46,594 nucleotides of DNA from NCBI GenBank assembly GCA_020057185.1, contig JAGVGK010000045.1:1-46594 (forward strand), written 5' to 3'. This document shows, piece after piece, positions 45,712-46,594 of the stretch (position 1 is the first letter of the stretch; every line of letters begins with the position of its first letter). Position numbers and translations under genes: made by a program. This stretch comes from Minisyncoccota bacterium. Lineage in GTDB: Bacteria; Patescibacteriota; Minisyncoccia; Phycocordibacterales; JACOZG01. The notes under the pieces were generated by a model. The model was given only the letters and a program-made list of their open reading frames with translations. It was not told the origin of the DNA and made no database searches.

Positions 45712-45757
45712 AGATTAATTATAGCATACAGACACTTATCCCCCAACCACTCCCTTT

Positions 45758-45860
45758 ATTGTCATCAGCGACTATACTGAAAAGTACAAACGACTTCGGT
45801 CCTCCCCGCAAGGGGTAAAATGAGAATCAGGCGGGTAATTGCCTGATTTTTATTTTATTT
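45758..45860 (+). ncRNA. candidate structured ncRNA with its own terminator
   Basis: tact-GAAA-agta, gac-TTCG-gtc and cccc-GCAA-gggg hairpins in series, then aatcaggc...gcctgatt and T-run. Confidence 0.55.
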
Positions 45861-45957
45861 TAAAATATACCATAACATCACGATCGTGTTATTGCAGTAT
45901 AATTTCACCACGCAAGATTCTGAAAATCTTTTTGCATAAGAACAAAAGTGTCCTTAT

Positions 45958-46494
45958 TTATTTCGTAAACCGAAAGGTGGAGAGGATTTGGTCTCTTATT
46001 TCCTTATCTTTTTCTACATCATCGACAACCTCACCCTCGTTTCTTTTCATTACCTCATCGCCATAATAAATTAAAATCAAATGGGTGCCGTCGTCTGAAA
46101 AGATTGAGTAACCAAATGTACATCCCGCATCACAACCAATAGATTCCATATAAGGAATTCCACTTGCTCCAGCTTAGATCAGTTTTCCATTTATCAATAA
46201 ACCCGGCGTTTTCTGCATATTTTTTTAACTCAATATAAGAAGAAAAGGATTTTTGAGCATCTAGCCTCACCAACAACAAGGTCGGAGAATATGGGCTACT
46301 ACTCACTTCTTGATTTCTAGTCCCCAAACATAATAATAAGGGTTCTGATTGGTTAGACATCTTTGCTCTATCTTCTTGCTGTGGACGACATGGTTCAAAA
46401 ACAGTTGGATACTTAAACTCAAACCCGTACTTGTCATTCCGATAAGTTTTCCAAGTAGCGGTGTCAACACTAATACTTATGTCATCTAAATTTA
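45958..46494 (-). pseudogene. broken paralog of 45103-45711 (no start or signal peptide; frameshift near 46150-46175)
   Basis: DTATWKTYRNDKYGFEFKYP is in frame with ORF 46130-46360; C-terminal QILSTFRFTK is in another frame (45958-46149); in-frame TAA upstream. Confidence 0.75.
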
Positions 46495-46594
46495 GGAGTT
46501 AAGCAACCTTTCGTGTTGTTTTTCCCTGATTGATTTTGGCCAAAACAAAAGAAACGAGAGTTTGTTTTTGATGTAAGCGGAGACCCCGATGGAG

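Noticed and set aside
45761-45780. tcagcgacta resembling the group I intron P7 motif
   Set aside because: No matching partner segment or interrupted host gene, and the region is too short.
9278-45905. ACG-RT-CGT palindromes as integron attC or XerCD dif sites
   Set aside because: No RYYYAAC/GTTRRRY ends, no 11-6-11 dif consensus, not in a tandem array, and no integrase in the window.
5200-46594. Second DGR variable repeat elsewhere in the window
   Set aside because: No further match to the TR found by eye; a computational scan could still find a diverged one.
1-46594. CRISPR array or cas genes
   Set aside because: No regularly spaced direct repeats with unique spacers and no cas-like ORFs.

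Overview
46.6 kb of bacterial chromosome that looks like Patescibacteria (CPR/Parcubacteria-like); this lineage call is an inference from gene content and style. Housekeeping genes include secF, secD, secG, rnj, a UvrD-like helicase, typA, pyrD, pyrG, ftsX and tRNA-Gln(CTG), interspersed with accessory genes. The strongest signal is a complete diversity-generating retroelement (DGR) between secD and secG. It comprises a reverse transcriptase (RT), an Avd-like protein, a 123-bp template repeat (TR) and a target gene whose variable repeat (VR) differs from the TR at 17 positions, all TR adenines. Its layout is unusual: avd is antisense and head-to-head with the RT, and the TR seems to have its own promoter and terminator. 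A second, less familiar signal is a set of stand-alone mini-transcription units (promoter, Shine-Dalgarno, orphan ORF or RNA, terminator). Two of them share a homologous promoter, leader and terminator around unrelated ORFs, and several are followed by a ~40-bp imperfect palindrome with an ACG-RT-CGT core. Also seen: a G8 frameshift inside a REP-like hairpin, a csrA with GGA-rich leader, a three-tetraloop candidate ncRNA, a membrane-anchored Schlafen/AlbA_2 protein and two broken surface-protein genes. All alignments and counts were done by eye; no database searches were run.
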